This document shows, piece by piece, positions 9,111 through 17,228 of a DNA stretch of 34,385 nt (within the stretch, counting starts at the first letter, position 1; each line of letters opens with the position of its first letter). Origin of the DNA: a virus (taxonomy: Duplodnaviria; Caudoviricetes); the IMG/VR virus record IMGVR_UViG_3300038379_000354, positions 1 through 34,385 of that record. One strand, written 5' to 3'. A program made the position numbers and the translations under genes. A model generated the notes under the pieces. The model was not told the origin of the DNA. It ran no database searches and worked only from the letters and a program-made list of their open reading frames with translations.

Positions 9111-9833
9111 ATGAACATGCAGGAGACCCTCTCGACGCTCGACAAGGTCCTCGGGATCAAGCCGCCGAAGATCGTCAAGATGACCAAGGCCGCCTTCGAG
9201 AAGCACGTCGCGAGCGAGCTCCAGAAGGCGAAGGCCGAGGCCGAGGAGACCGACAAGGAGAAGGGCGCTGCGAAGGCGAAGAAGCGCCTCGAGTTCCTCC
9301 GCGCGACCATGAAGCTCGCGATCGCGAAGGCTTCGTGGGAAGGCGGCAACGGTGAGGCAGCGATCCCGGTCTACGAAGAGGGCTACGAGCCCCCGACCGA
9401 GATGCCGACCGAGATGGAGCGCCCGGCCACCTTCCAGGGTGACGGCGGCACGAATGCGGACGGGGCGTCGTTCGCTTCGGCCAAGGGCGTGCAGAGCTTC
9501 GGCGATTCCTCCATGGGCGGCGCGAAGACCGCCAGCGGCACGCAGGTCCCTGCCTCCGGCGCGGGCACGCAGGCTGACGGCGCCTCGTTCGCCGCCGCGG
9601 GTGGCACGCAGTCGTTCGCGAAGGGGCTCGAGGAGCTCACCGCGACGCTCAAGTCCCTCGGCGGGCAGGCACCCGCGAAGCAGCCCGCGAACGAGGTGCC
9701 TGCTCCGCCGCAGGGTCACGTCGACGATCCCTCCGTCTGGCCGCGCGACCTCGCGAACCCCGACTTCCTGAAGGAAGGGGTGGCGAAGCGCGCCGAGACG
9801 TGGGGCACGGATCCGTGGGCTCCGACGAAGTGA
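9111..9833 (+). CDS. Low-complexity putative scaffold/internal head protein
   Basis: GGAG RBS. Charged helical N-terminus, internal 18-aa repeat, and C-terminal WPRDLANP motif shared with the scaffold ORF ending at 13098. Confidence 0.75.
   Translation: MNMQETLSTLDKVLGIKPPKIVKMTKAAFEKHVASELQKAKAEAEETDKEKGAAKAKKRLEFLRATMKLAIAKASWEGGNGEAAIPVYEEGYEPPTEMPTEMERPATFQGDGGTNADGASFASAKGVQSFGDSSMGGAKTASGTQVPASGAGTQADGASFAAAGGTQSFAKGLEELTATLKSLGGQAPAKQPANEVPAPPQGHVDDPSVWPRDLANPDFLKEGVAKRAETWGTDPWAPTK
9447..9617 (+). repeat. Two-copy 54-nt in-frame repeat (GTNADGASFASAKGVQSF / GTQADGASFAAAGGTQSF)
   Basis: Copies at 9447-9500 and 9564-9617, read directly from the sequence. Confidence 0.8.
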
Positions 9834-9841
9834 GGTAGGAC

Positions 9842-12043
9842 GTGCGCCGAAAGGTTGCCAAGCAGCAAGCAGTGACCCTGCTCGACATGCCGCTCGCGAA
9901 GGGGCGTGTCGCGAAGTCGGCGCTCGTCTTTCACGATGGCCTCGCGGTCCTTCGCCTGAAGAACCTCGAGCAGCCGATCTCTTGGAAGCTCCACCTCGCG
10001 CGTGACCCGCGGACCCCCGCGGCCGATCTCGCGAAGAGCTTCTCGGCGTTCGGCTCTCGTCACGTGCACGCCTTCAAGGACGTCCCCGCTGAGTTCAGCC
10101 CGCCGATGGCAGACCTCGCGGCAGGACCCTCACCTGCGATCGACGGCGTGACGGAGTTCGGCCTCCAGACCGAGGACGACCACGAATACTTCATGTCGAA
10201 GTTCGGCGATCTCGTTGGCATCGTGCGCATCACGCGTAAGGCTGGCGGGTGGTCGGCGAATCTCTCGAAGACCCTCGTGCCGCGTGTCCTCACGGACGAG
10301 GCGGTGAAGAAGGGCCTCATGCCTCCGCCCGGCCATTCGGGTCTCCCGAAGTCGCTCGAGGCGGTCGTGCCGGCCGAGTATCGCTACTGGCAGGCCAGCG
10401 GCGAACAGGCCATCGCTATGCGTGACGCGCTCGTCGAGAGCGGCTTCTTCTCCGAGGATACGATCAAAGCGGTCGACGGTGAGCTCCGCAAGGTGGAAGT
10501 TCGCTACTACCTCTACGAAACGCAGGGCGACGTCGGCAAGTCGATCAAGCGGCTTCCCACCCTCGCCGATCGCGTGGCGAAGGTCGTTCCCGAGGCCCTC
10601 ATGGGTCAGGGCTTCGCGCCGATGGCAGAGGATGACTGGCTCGAGGCGCTCGACAAGAACGACGCGCCGGGGAACCTCGCGATCCTTTCGCCTCCCGACC
10701 GCACCACGAACCCGCGCGAGATGGCGCGTGCGGCAGCCACGCTGAAGGGCGACTTCCTCCTCGAGCACGAGGACACCAAGCAGGCGCGCGCCGCGTTCTC
10801 TCGCGTCGGGCAGCTCTTCAAGCTGGCCGGCGAGCCCACGCGGATCTTCTGCGCGTCGTTCCCCCCGGTCGGCGCGGCCTGGCTCGGCAAGGCCGCCGAT
10901 GGCGCGGTGAAGAAGGTCGTCGACTTCCAGGGGATCAAGGTCTCGATCGATCGTCCCATGGGCTTCGTGCAGACCGGCAAGGACGCTGAAGGCAACGAGT
11001 GGTCGCGCACGTACCACAACGACTACGGCTTCCTCCCGCGGACGAACGGCGGTGATGGCGGAAGCCTCGACGTGTTCATGGGGCCGAGCGAGAAGAGCGA
11101 TCGCGTGTTCTGGGTCGAGCAGCGCAAGGCCGATGGGACCTTCGACGAGTTCAAGATCTTCCTCGGCTTCGATGCGCCGGGCGAGGTCCTCGACGTCTTC
11201 AAGGCGCACATCCCCGTGCGCTTCTTCGGTGGCCTCTCGGAGATGACTGTCGCGCAGATGAAGGCCTTGCTCAACCTCGACTTCGGCGAGGTACAGAAGG
11301 CGGTGCGCGCAGCGGTCGTCAAGATCGCCGGCGTCTCCTACGAGCAGCTCCGTTCTGCCATCAACGCGGCGCTGACCGAGGCGTTCCCACCCGAGGGTGA
11401 CAACGCGTGCAGCCCTTGCGGCTACTACTGCGAGGACATCTTCGACGACAAGGCGATCTTCTACAAGGAAGGCAAGACGTACGCGATCGGCTACACGTAC
11501 CAGAACGGCGCGGTCACGCTTTCGGGTGAGCCTGTCCCCGTCGTTCGCGACTGGAAGCCGGCTTCTGAGCTCGGCGGCGCCTCGCCCCTCGCGATGGCCG
11601 CGCCGAAGAAGAAGCCGGTCGCGTGTGCCGACAAGGCAGTCTTCGACGAGCTCGAGAAGCGGTCCGTCAAGCTGGCGCGCGCCACGGTGCAGAAGGACCA
11701 GCGCTACGTCCTAGGTATCGTGCTCGAGCCGGACATCGTCGACGCGCAGAATGACACCTACTCGGCCGAGGAGATTCGCGGCGCCTTCGAGAAGTTCGCG
11801 GAGCAGTATCGGAACGTCGGCCTGATGCACAAGCAGGTCATCAACGACCGCGTCGCGATCGTCGAGAATTACATCGCGCCGGCCGACTTCCAGATGGGCG
11901 ATACGACCATCAAGAAGGGCACGTGGTTGATGGGGGTGCGGGTCAACGATCCCGACCTCTGGTCGGCCTGCAAAGACGGCTCCATCACGGGGTTCTCGAT
12001 CGGCGGGTCGGCCATCCGTAAGCCGGTATCGCAAGGGGTTTGA
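9842..12043 (+). CDS. Multidomain prohead protease (XkdF-type C-terminal domain) with inorganic-pyrophosphatase-like and decayed Dam-methylase-like domains
   Basis: GTG start after GAGGTAGGA. C-terminal RYVLGIVLEPD..DAQND..SAEEI...GLMH...ENYIAP...KGTWLMG...GFSIGG is XkdF-like. Central SIDRPMG...DYGFLPRTNGGDGGSLDVFMG...FDEFKIFLGF is InPase-like. Confidence 0.85.
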   Translation: MRRKVAKQQAVTLLDMPLAKGRVAKSALVFHDGLAVLRLKNLEQPISWKLHLARDPRTPAADLAKSFSAFGSRHVHAFKDVPAEFSPPMADLAAGPSPAIDGVTEFGLQTEDDHEYFMSKFGDLVGIVRITRKAGGWSANLSKTLVPRVLTDEAVKKGLMPPPGHSGLPKSLEAVVPAEYRYWQASGEQAIAMRDALVESGFFSEDTIKAVDGELRKVEVRYYLYETQGDVGKSIKRLPTLADRVAKVVPEALMGQGFAPMAEDDWLEALDKNDAPGNLAILSPPDRTTNPREMARAAATLKGDFLLEHEDTKQARAAFSRVGQLFKLAGEPTRIFCASFPPVGAAWLGKAADGAVKKVVDFQGIKVSIDRPMGFVQTGKDAEGNEWSRTYHNDYGFLPRTNGGDGGSLDVFMGPSEKSDRVFWVEQRKADGTFDEFKIFLGFDAPGEVLDVFKAHIPVRFFGGLSEMTVAQMKALLNLDFGEVQKAVRAAVVKIAGVSYEQLRSAINAALTEAFPPEGDNACSPCGYYCEDIFDDKAIFYKEGKTYAIGYTYQNGAVTLSGEPVPVVRDWKPASELGGASPLAMAAPKKKPVACADKAVFDELEKRSVKLARATVQKDQRYVLGIVLEPDIVDAQNDTYSAEEIRGAFEKFAEQYRNVGLMHKQVINDRVAIVENYIAPADFQMGDTTIKKGTWLMGVRVNDPDLWSACKDGSITGFSIGGSAIRKPVSQGV

Positions 12044-13098
12044 CGATGGGCGGTCATGTAGTGCATGCTTCCCGCGTGGCAGTCGCTAAGGCTGACGGAT
12101 CGAACGAGGGAGTCCACCGACTCGAGGATATCGAGGTCAAGGAGGTCTCCCTCGTCGATCGTCCGGCAAACAAGCGTCCCTTCCTCGTGGTGAAAAGGAG
12201 TGATCAGATGAGCACGCAGGTTCAACCGGACGGGAAGGGCGGCTTCACGGCGGCAGGCGACGCAAGCAAGGCGGGTCCGCCTCCGATGCCACCGGGCGCG
12301 GGTGTTCCCCCTGGCGGCGAGAAGAAGAAGCCGAAGGCGATCGGCAAGCTCGACGTTCCGCCCGGCTTCAAGGAGATGATGGGGCCGATGCTGGCCAAGG
12401 CGTCCGAGAAGCTCAAGGAGCTCGCGGATGCGGTCGGCTCGAGCACCGCGGTCGAGGTCGGCGACGACGGCGAGATGCCGGGCGTGCCCGCCGAGTTCTC
12501 GGACGCGCTCGGCGCCATCATGGGCACGCTCGACAAGCTCGCGGGCATGTGGCCCTCGGCTCCCTCGGGTGGCGGTGCCGAGATGGAGGGCGAGGGCGAC
12601 GAGCCCCCGATGCCCACCGAGATGCAGATGCGCGCTGCGCTCGACAACATCGGGAAGACCCTCGGGCACCCGAAGGTCGAGAAGGCGATCGTCACGAAGA
12701 TCGGCGCCAAGATGGCCAAGGAGCGCTTTTCGCGTCTCCAGCAGGCGGCGCAGACGCTCACGTCGCTCATCAACGAGCTCGCCCCCTCGGCTGCTACCCC
12801 CGCGGCGCCGGCTGGCGGCCTCGGCAAGAGCGAGGAGGGCAAGGCCCTCCTGAAGTCGATCGAGGACATGCTGACTCCCGTGATCGCCGGGCTGAATCAG
12901 GTCGGCGTCGTCGTGAAGCAGCAGAAGTCCGAGCTCGAGACGATCAAGAAGTCGCGGGGCACTGGCAACGCGGCACCGGACGTCGAGGGCTCGGGCAAGG
13001 CGCCTGCGAGCGACGGGTTCTCGTGGCCCCTCGACCTCAACAACCCCGTGAACAAGGAAACGGTCTCAAAGACCGAGTCCTTCTTCGGAGACGACTGA
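12040..13098 (+). CDS. Protease-fragment/capsid scaffold protein (start uncertain: 12040 TTG, 12046 ATG or 12076 GTG; nested start 12208)
   Basis: N-terminal RLEDIEVKEVSLVDRPANKRPFLVVK (HK97/XkdF protease strand), then a Pro/Gly/Ala-rich and helical scaffold-like region. Directly before the capsid gene. Confidence 0.8.
   Translation: MTMGGHVVHASRVAVAKADGSNEGVHRLEDIEVKEVSLVDRPANKRPFLVVKRSDQMSTQVQPDGKGGFTAAGDASKAGPPPMPPGAGVPPGGEKKKPKAIGKLDVPPGFKEMMGPMLAKASEKLKELADAVGSSTAVEVGDDGEMPGVPAEFSDALGAIMGTLDKLAGMWPSAPSGGGAEMEGEGDEPPMPTEMQMRAALDNIGKTLGHPKVEKAIVTKIGAKMAKERFSRLQQAAQTLTSLINELAPSAATPAAPAGGLGKSEEGKALLKSIEDMLTPVIAGLNQVGVVVKQQKSELETIKKSRGTGNAAPDVEGSGKAPASDGFSWPLDLNNPVNKETVSKTESFFGDD
12196..12210 (+). 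promoter_or_regulatory. Internal Shine-Dalgarno and in-frame ATG (nested scaffold start)
   Basis: AGGAG at 12196-12200, 7 nt before ATG 12208, in frame with 12040..13098. Confidence 0.6.
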
Positions 13099-13134
13099 GG
13101 CGAGCAACTCGCCAACCATGAAGGAGAATGAGCG

Positions 13135-14088
13135 ATGAGCCTCGCCGGACAGATCACCGACAACCGAACCGTTCTCGAGAAGGCCGACCTTGCGCTGAGC
13201 GACCTGACGTCCTCTGGAGGTCTCCTCCAGCCGGCGCAGGCTGCCAAGTTCATGCGCATCCTCATCAAGCAGTCGAAGTTGATGGGGATGAGCACGGTCG
13301 TCCCGATGAAGAGCCACAAGCAGCTCATCGAGAAGATCCGCTTCGCCGGCCGCGTGCTGCGCGCTGGCAACGAGGCGCAGGCGCTCGCCGCGGGTGACCG
13401 CGCGAAGCCGAACCTCGGCAAGGTGGAGCTCGATGCGCAGCTCTTCAAGGCGGAAGTCCGCCTCAACAACGAGGTCCTCGAAGACTCGATCGAGCGGGCG
13501 GAGCTCCGCCAGACGATCATGCAGATCCTCGGGGATGCCATCGCGCGCGACATGGAGGAAGTCTCGATCCAGGGCGACACCGCCTCGGCCGATCCCTTCC
13601 TCGCGAAGTTCGATGGTCTGCTCAAGCAGATCACGTCGAACGTCGTCGACGCGGCGGACACGAAGCTCTCGAAGGTCCACTTCCGCGACATGCTGCGGGC
13701 ACTCCCCTCGGAGTTCCTCCGCAACAAGTCGGAGATGCGGTTCCTCACGAGCGTCGACGCCGAGATCGACTACCGCGACACGCTCGCGGATCGAGTCGGG
13801 CCGGTCGGCGACCGCTTCCTCGAGCAAGACGCCGCGGTGCAGTACAGCGGCGTTCCCGTCGTGGACCTCCAGCTCATGCCGGAGAACATTGGCACGGGCT
13901 CGCACTGCACGAACGTGGTCTTCACCGACCCGAAGAACATCAACTTCGGCGTGTGGCGTCAGATCCGCATCGAGACGGACAAGCTCGTTTCGGAAGGCGT
14001 CCTCATCATCGTCGCCACCCTGCGCTTCGACATGAAGCTCGCGGAGGAGACGGCCACGGTGAAGACCATCAACGTCAACGTCGCCTGA
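13135..14088 (+). CDS. Major capsid protein (HK97 fold, XkdG-like)
   Basis: [21 protein letters not shown]-arm motif, [20 protein letters not shown]...[22 protein letters not shown]. 317 aa, after the scaffold. Confidence 0.92.
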   Translation: MSLAGQITDNRTVLEKADLALSDLTSSGGLLQPAQAAKFMRILIKQSKLMGMSTVVPMKSHKQLIEKIRFAGRVLRAGNEAQALAAGDRAKPNLGKVELDAQLFKAEVRLNNEVLEDSIERAELRQTIMQILGDAIARDMEEVSIQGDTASADPFLAKFDGLLKQITSNVVDAADTKLSKVHFRDMLRALPSEFLRNKSEMRFLTSVDAEIDYRDTLADRVGPVGDRFLEQDAAVQYSGVPVVDLQLMPENIGTGSHCTNVVFTDPKNINFGVWRQIRIETDKLVSEGVLIIVATLRFDMKLAEETATVKTINVNVA

Positions 14089-14112
14089 GTCCAGGCGGGA
14101 AGGGAACACGTC

Positions 14113-14436
14113 ATGGCACTCGGAGCTCTTACCATCGTCGAGAAGATCCACATGGGCGGCGGGCCGCTCTGGGCTCTTCGCTGCACCATCGTAGGCGACG
14201 GCGCCTACGCCGCTGGCGGGTCCACGGGCCTGCTCGCCAAGCTCAAGACGGCGCTGAAGGACGACCAGATCAACATCATCTCCGTGCAGGACAGCTCGCC
14301 CCCCGCGACGGTGTCCCGCCTGGAGTACGACCACGCGAACGAGAAGCTCTTCGCCCGCGTGCGCACCACCGGAGTCGAGTCGGCGGTCGCGGACCAGAGC
14401 GCGGTCACCTACGGCCTCGACATCGTGGCAGGCTGA
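14113..14436 (+). CDS. Putative capsid decoration/structural protein
   Basis: 107-aa beta-rich ORF immediately after the capsid gene, with RBS. Confidence 0.65.
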   Translation: MALGALTIVEKIHMGGGPLWALRCTIVGDGAYAAGGSTGLLAKLKTALKDDQINIISVQDSSPPATVSRLEYDHANEKLFARVRTTGVESAVADQSAVTYGLDIVAG

Positions 14437-14438
14437 TC

Positions 14439-14669
14439 ATGGCGACCATCAAGACCTCGTTCGGCAGCGGCGGCTCGAACCTGACTCCCGGTGGAGCCAG
14501 CGCGACGCCGTCGCTCGCGACCGCCCTTCGGGACGTCGCGGACGACCTCGCCGACCTGAAGGCGAAGCACAACGGGGCGATGGCCAAGCTCGACGCGGAC
14601 GGCGGTGTCACCGACACCAACTACGCGGCGCTCTGGAACGTCGGCACCCTGAAGACCATCAAGGGCTGA
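14439..14669 (+). CDS. Small putative head fibre protein
   Basis: ATG 14439 just after the previous stop (3' part of track ORF 13953..14669). 76 aa with heptad-like DLADLKAKHNGAMAKLDA resembling head-fibre coiled coils. Confidence 0.6.
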   Translation: MATIKTSFGSGGSNLTPGGASATPSLATALRDVADDLADLKAKHNGAMAKLDADGGVTDTNYAALWNVGTLKTIKG

Positions 14670-14680
14670 TCTCCAGCCCG

Positions 14681-14709
14681 TTGACATCGAGCCGGGCCAC
14701 TGTCACGGT
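14681..14709 (+). promoter_or_regulatory. Possible sigma70-like promoter
   Basis: Exact TTGACA (14681-14686), 17-nt spacer ending in TGn, weak -10 CACGGT, in one of the few intergenic gaps. Confidence 0.3.
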
Positions 14710-14741
14710 GGTCCGGCATCGCCATTGGAAAGGATCCGCAC

Positions 14742-15296
14742 ATGAGTATGCTCGCACGCCTCAAGCCGTTCGACGGGAAGCGCCACGTTCTCCGAAGCCT
14801 CACCGTCTTCGGGATCAAGTTCGTCGAGGACCGTGGATGGTACAAGGTCGACGACGACGTCGCCGACTACCTGAAAACGGTCAAGCAGCGCGACACCGAC
14901 CCGGACAGCAACGCCGCGTTCGACGTCTGCACCGAGTCGCAGGCGCGTGCCATCGACGCTTCCGAGAAGACCAAGGCCATCCGAAAGGCGGCAGAGGAAG
15001 CCGAGCCGGCGAAGGCTCCGATGCGCGTGCACAACGTGAAGCGCGCCGAGGCGGCCACCGCGGCAAGGGCCGCCGTCGCCAACGTCGACGAGGCGGGGGA
15101 CCTCACGACCGCCGACCTGGCCAGCCATGCCAAGCCGGCCGCCCCCGAGGAGCCCGCAGACGCCGCGCCTGGCCTTTCGGGCGACTTCGACGAGGACATG
15201 GCCGCGACCACCCCGAAAGCGCCTGGAGAGACCGGCCCCGCAGCCGGAAAGGGCAAGTCCAAGGGCCTCGGCCGGAAGCCCCCGCTGCTCGAGTGA
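14742..15296 (+). CDS. Hypothetical protein (small N-terminal domain plus Ala/Pro-rich tail)
   Basis: AAGGA RBS, 184 aa, typical codon usage. Confidence 0.7.
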   Translation: MSMLARLKPFDGKRHVLRSLTVFGIKFVEDRGWYKVDDDVADYLKTVKQRDTDPDSNAAFDVCTESQARAIDASEKTKAIRKAAEEAEPAKAPMRVHNVKRAEAATAARAAVANVDEAGDLTTADLASHAKPAAPEEPADAAPGLSGDFDEDMAATTPKAPGETGPAAGKGKSKGLGRKPPLLE

Positions 15297-15685
15297 GCCC
15301 CGAGGAAGCCGCGGCACTCCGCAAGACGGCCACCGGACTGCGCCTGAAGGCCAGCGCCGGCGTCCTTGCGGTGGCTGCCGCGAAGGATGTGGCGGCGACC
15401 ATGGCGCGCGAGCTCGCGCGGCGCGTCGAGGCGGACCTCGACAGTGGCGAGCTCGCGAAGCGCTACGAGCGCGAGCTCGAGGTGGCGCGCGCGGAACACG
15501 GCGGCGATGCGCCCATCGCCGCACTGCTCGCGATGCTCGCGTGGCATGGCAAGCTCGCTGCGCAAGTGGCGAGCGACTACGCCACGAAGATCGAAGGAGA
15601 TCGACGCGCTGCAGAGGGCCGCGCCGTGGGGATCGAAGAGACCCTCGCGGCCTTTCCTCGTTCGACACCCGAGCCCCCTCCCTGA
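15293..15685 (+). CDS. Hypothetical Ala-rich helical protein
   Basis: GTG 15293 overlapping the previous TGA (GTGA). 3' part of track ORF 14681..15685, 130 aa. Confidence 0.55.
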   Translation: MSPEEAAALRKTATGLRLKASAGVLAVAAAKDVAATMARELARRVEADLDSGELAKRYERELEVARAEHGGDAPIAALLAMLAWHGKLAAQVASDYATKIEGDRRAAEGRAVGIEETLAAFPRSTPEPPP

Positions 15686-15710
15686 TAGAGAAAGGGGATG
15701 AGGTGGCTCG

Positions 15711-16118
15711 ATGAACAGGCTCTATCCGAAGGGGAGGCAGGCGTTCCTAGAGGGCCTGATCGCGTGGCTCACCGACGACATTCGAGCGGTGCTCGTTGAC
15801 ACCGCGCTCTACACCTACAACGCGGCGCACGAGTTCCTCTCCGACATCCCGGTAGGTGCACGCGTCCAGACCTCGCCGTCCCTCACCGGGAAGACGAGCG
15901 TGGACGGTGTCGCGGACGCCGACGACGTCTCGTTCCCTTCGCAGACGCGCCCCTCAGTCGAGGCCCTCGTGCTCGTGAAGTGGACAGGCGTGGCGGCGAC
16001 GACACGGCTGATCGCTTACATCGACTCGGCGGCAGGATTGCCGATGCCCGCGCAGGGCGTTGCGATCATTCATAACCACATCTGGGATAACGGGTCGAAT
16101 CGAATCTTCGTCCTGTAG
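15711..16118 (+). CDS. Putative virion structural protein
   Basis: GAGG RBS. LYPKG...W.TDDIRAVLVD...HEFLSDI...LTGKT...DADDVSF pattern typical of small phage structural proteins. Confidence 0.7.
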   Translation: MNRLYPKGRQAFLEGLIAWLTDDIRAVLVDTALYTYNAAHEFLSDIPVGARVQTSPSLTGKTSVDGVADADDVSFPSQTRPSVEALVLVKWTGVAATTRLIAYIDSAAGLPMPAQGVAIIHNHIWDNGSNRIFVL

Positions 16119-16130
16119 GAGTGTTGCGTC

Positions 16131-16364
16131 GTGGCGAAGATCCTCATCGGACGCAACCTCAGTGCCGGGACGGACTCTGTCACCGTCCCCGGCATTGCGT
16201 ACGCGCTCGTGTCCGAGGAGCACGACTGGATCGGCCTGACCTACAACACGCTCGGCAAGATCGCGACGGCTACTTACAAGCTCGGCGGTGCGGGTGGAAC
16301 CACCGTCGCGACCCTGACGCTCGGCTACACCGCTGGCCGCCTCACCTCTATCGCGAAGACGTGA
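16131..16364 (+). CDS. Hypothetical small beta-rich protein
   Basis: GTG start after AGGAG. 77 aa ending YKLGGAGGTTVATLTLGYTAGRLTSIAKT. Confidence 0.65.
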   Translation: MAKILIGRNLSAGTDSVTVPGIAYALVSEEHDWIGLTYNTLGKIATATYKLGGAGGTTVATLTLGYTAGRLTSIAKT

Positions 16365-16368
16365 GGGC

Positions 16369-16794
16369 ATGCCGTTCGTCTTCAACCCCTTCACTGGCAA
16401 CTTCGACACGGTCTCTGACCCGATCGAAGACGCCTTCACCTTCGCCGCCGACTGCACTGCGAGCGAGCTCGTACACGACGTCGTCAGGATCTCTGCGGAC
16501 GTTGTGGCGGGGGTGTTCCAGGTTCGCAAGGTCGACGTGTCGGACTCGACCAAGATGCCGGGGATCGGCATCATCATCGAGAAGCCGACCGCGTCAACTG
16601 CAATCGTGGTCTACCTCGGGGCGGTCACACTCGTCGGCCCCCTCCTGCCGGGCAAGGTTTACTTCATCGGGGCGGATAGTAAGCCGTCCTCGACATGCCC
16701 AAGTGGACCTGCTCTAGTACAACCGATCGGGTTTGCACTGGACGCCACACGGCTACTTTTCAAGCCCTCGATGACGATGGTACGAGTTCTCTGA
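16369..16794 (+). CDS. Putative capsid cement/decoration protein
   Basis: 141 aa. GIGII...V.LGAV...L.PGKVYFIG...P...LVQPIGFALDAT resembles the C-terminal domain of 17229..18488. Confidence 0.6.
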   Translation: MPFVFNPFTGNFDTVSDPIEDAFTFAADCTASELVHDVVRISADVVAGVFQVRKVDVSDSTKMPGIGIIIEKPTASTAIVVYLGAVTLVGPLLPGKVYFIGADSKPSSTCPSGPALVQPIGFALDATRLLFKPSMTMVRVL

Positions 16795-17225
16795 TGGCGA
16801 CGAAGAAAGCTGCCCCTCCCCCGAACCCGGACCTCGACATCGTTGACGAGGACGGCTTCCTCTGCCTGAAGGGGAACCGGCTCTGGAAGTGGCGCGCGCT
16901 CGAGGCCGAGCTCCGCGCCGAGCTCCTCGAGCTCGACTCTGTCAAGCAACGTATCCAAATTGAGATCTCCAAGAACCCCGAGCTACCGCCGCTCCTTACG
17001 CGGCAGGCCGAGCTCGCAAGCTCCATCTCTCAGGCCAAGGCCGAGGTGTTGGGCTTGCAGGGAGAGATCGAGCAACTCTTCGGTGTGTCGTTGAAGGAGT
17101 GTGCCTTCGATGACAAGACCGGGAGGCTTTACAATCTGAGTGATGGAGGCGAGCGGGGAGATCCCGTGAAGCCAAAGATATCGAAGCGGTCACCTCGGAA
17201 AACGTCCGCACCGAAAGGGAAGTAA
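16794..17225 (+). CDS. Coiled-coil hypothetical protein
   Basis: ATG 16794 overlapping the previous stop (TGATG). 143 aa, heptad-rich middle, basic tail. Confidence 0.65.
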   Translation: MATKKAAPPPNPDLDIVDEDGFLCLKGNRLWKWRALEAELRAELLELDSVKQRIQIEISKNPELPPLLTRQAELASSISQAKAEVLGLQGEIEQLFGVSLKECAFDDKTGRLYNLSDGGERGDPVKPKISKRSPRKTSAPKGK

Positions 17226-17228
17226 GCA

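Noticed and set aside
12030-12045. Canonical -1 slippery site joining protease and scaffold (GGGGTTT)
   Set aside because: The G GGT TTG heptamer is phased to the downstream frame. The upstream frame reads CAA GGG GTT TGA, which does not fit X XXY YYZ.
14681-15685. 334-aa ORF as one gene
   Set aside because: The 5' part overlaps 14742..15296 out of frame. The plausible gene starts at GTG 15293.
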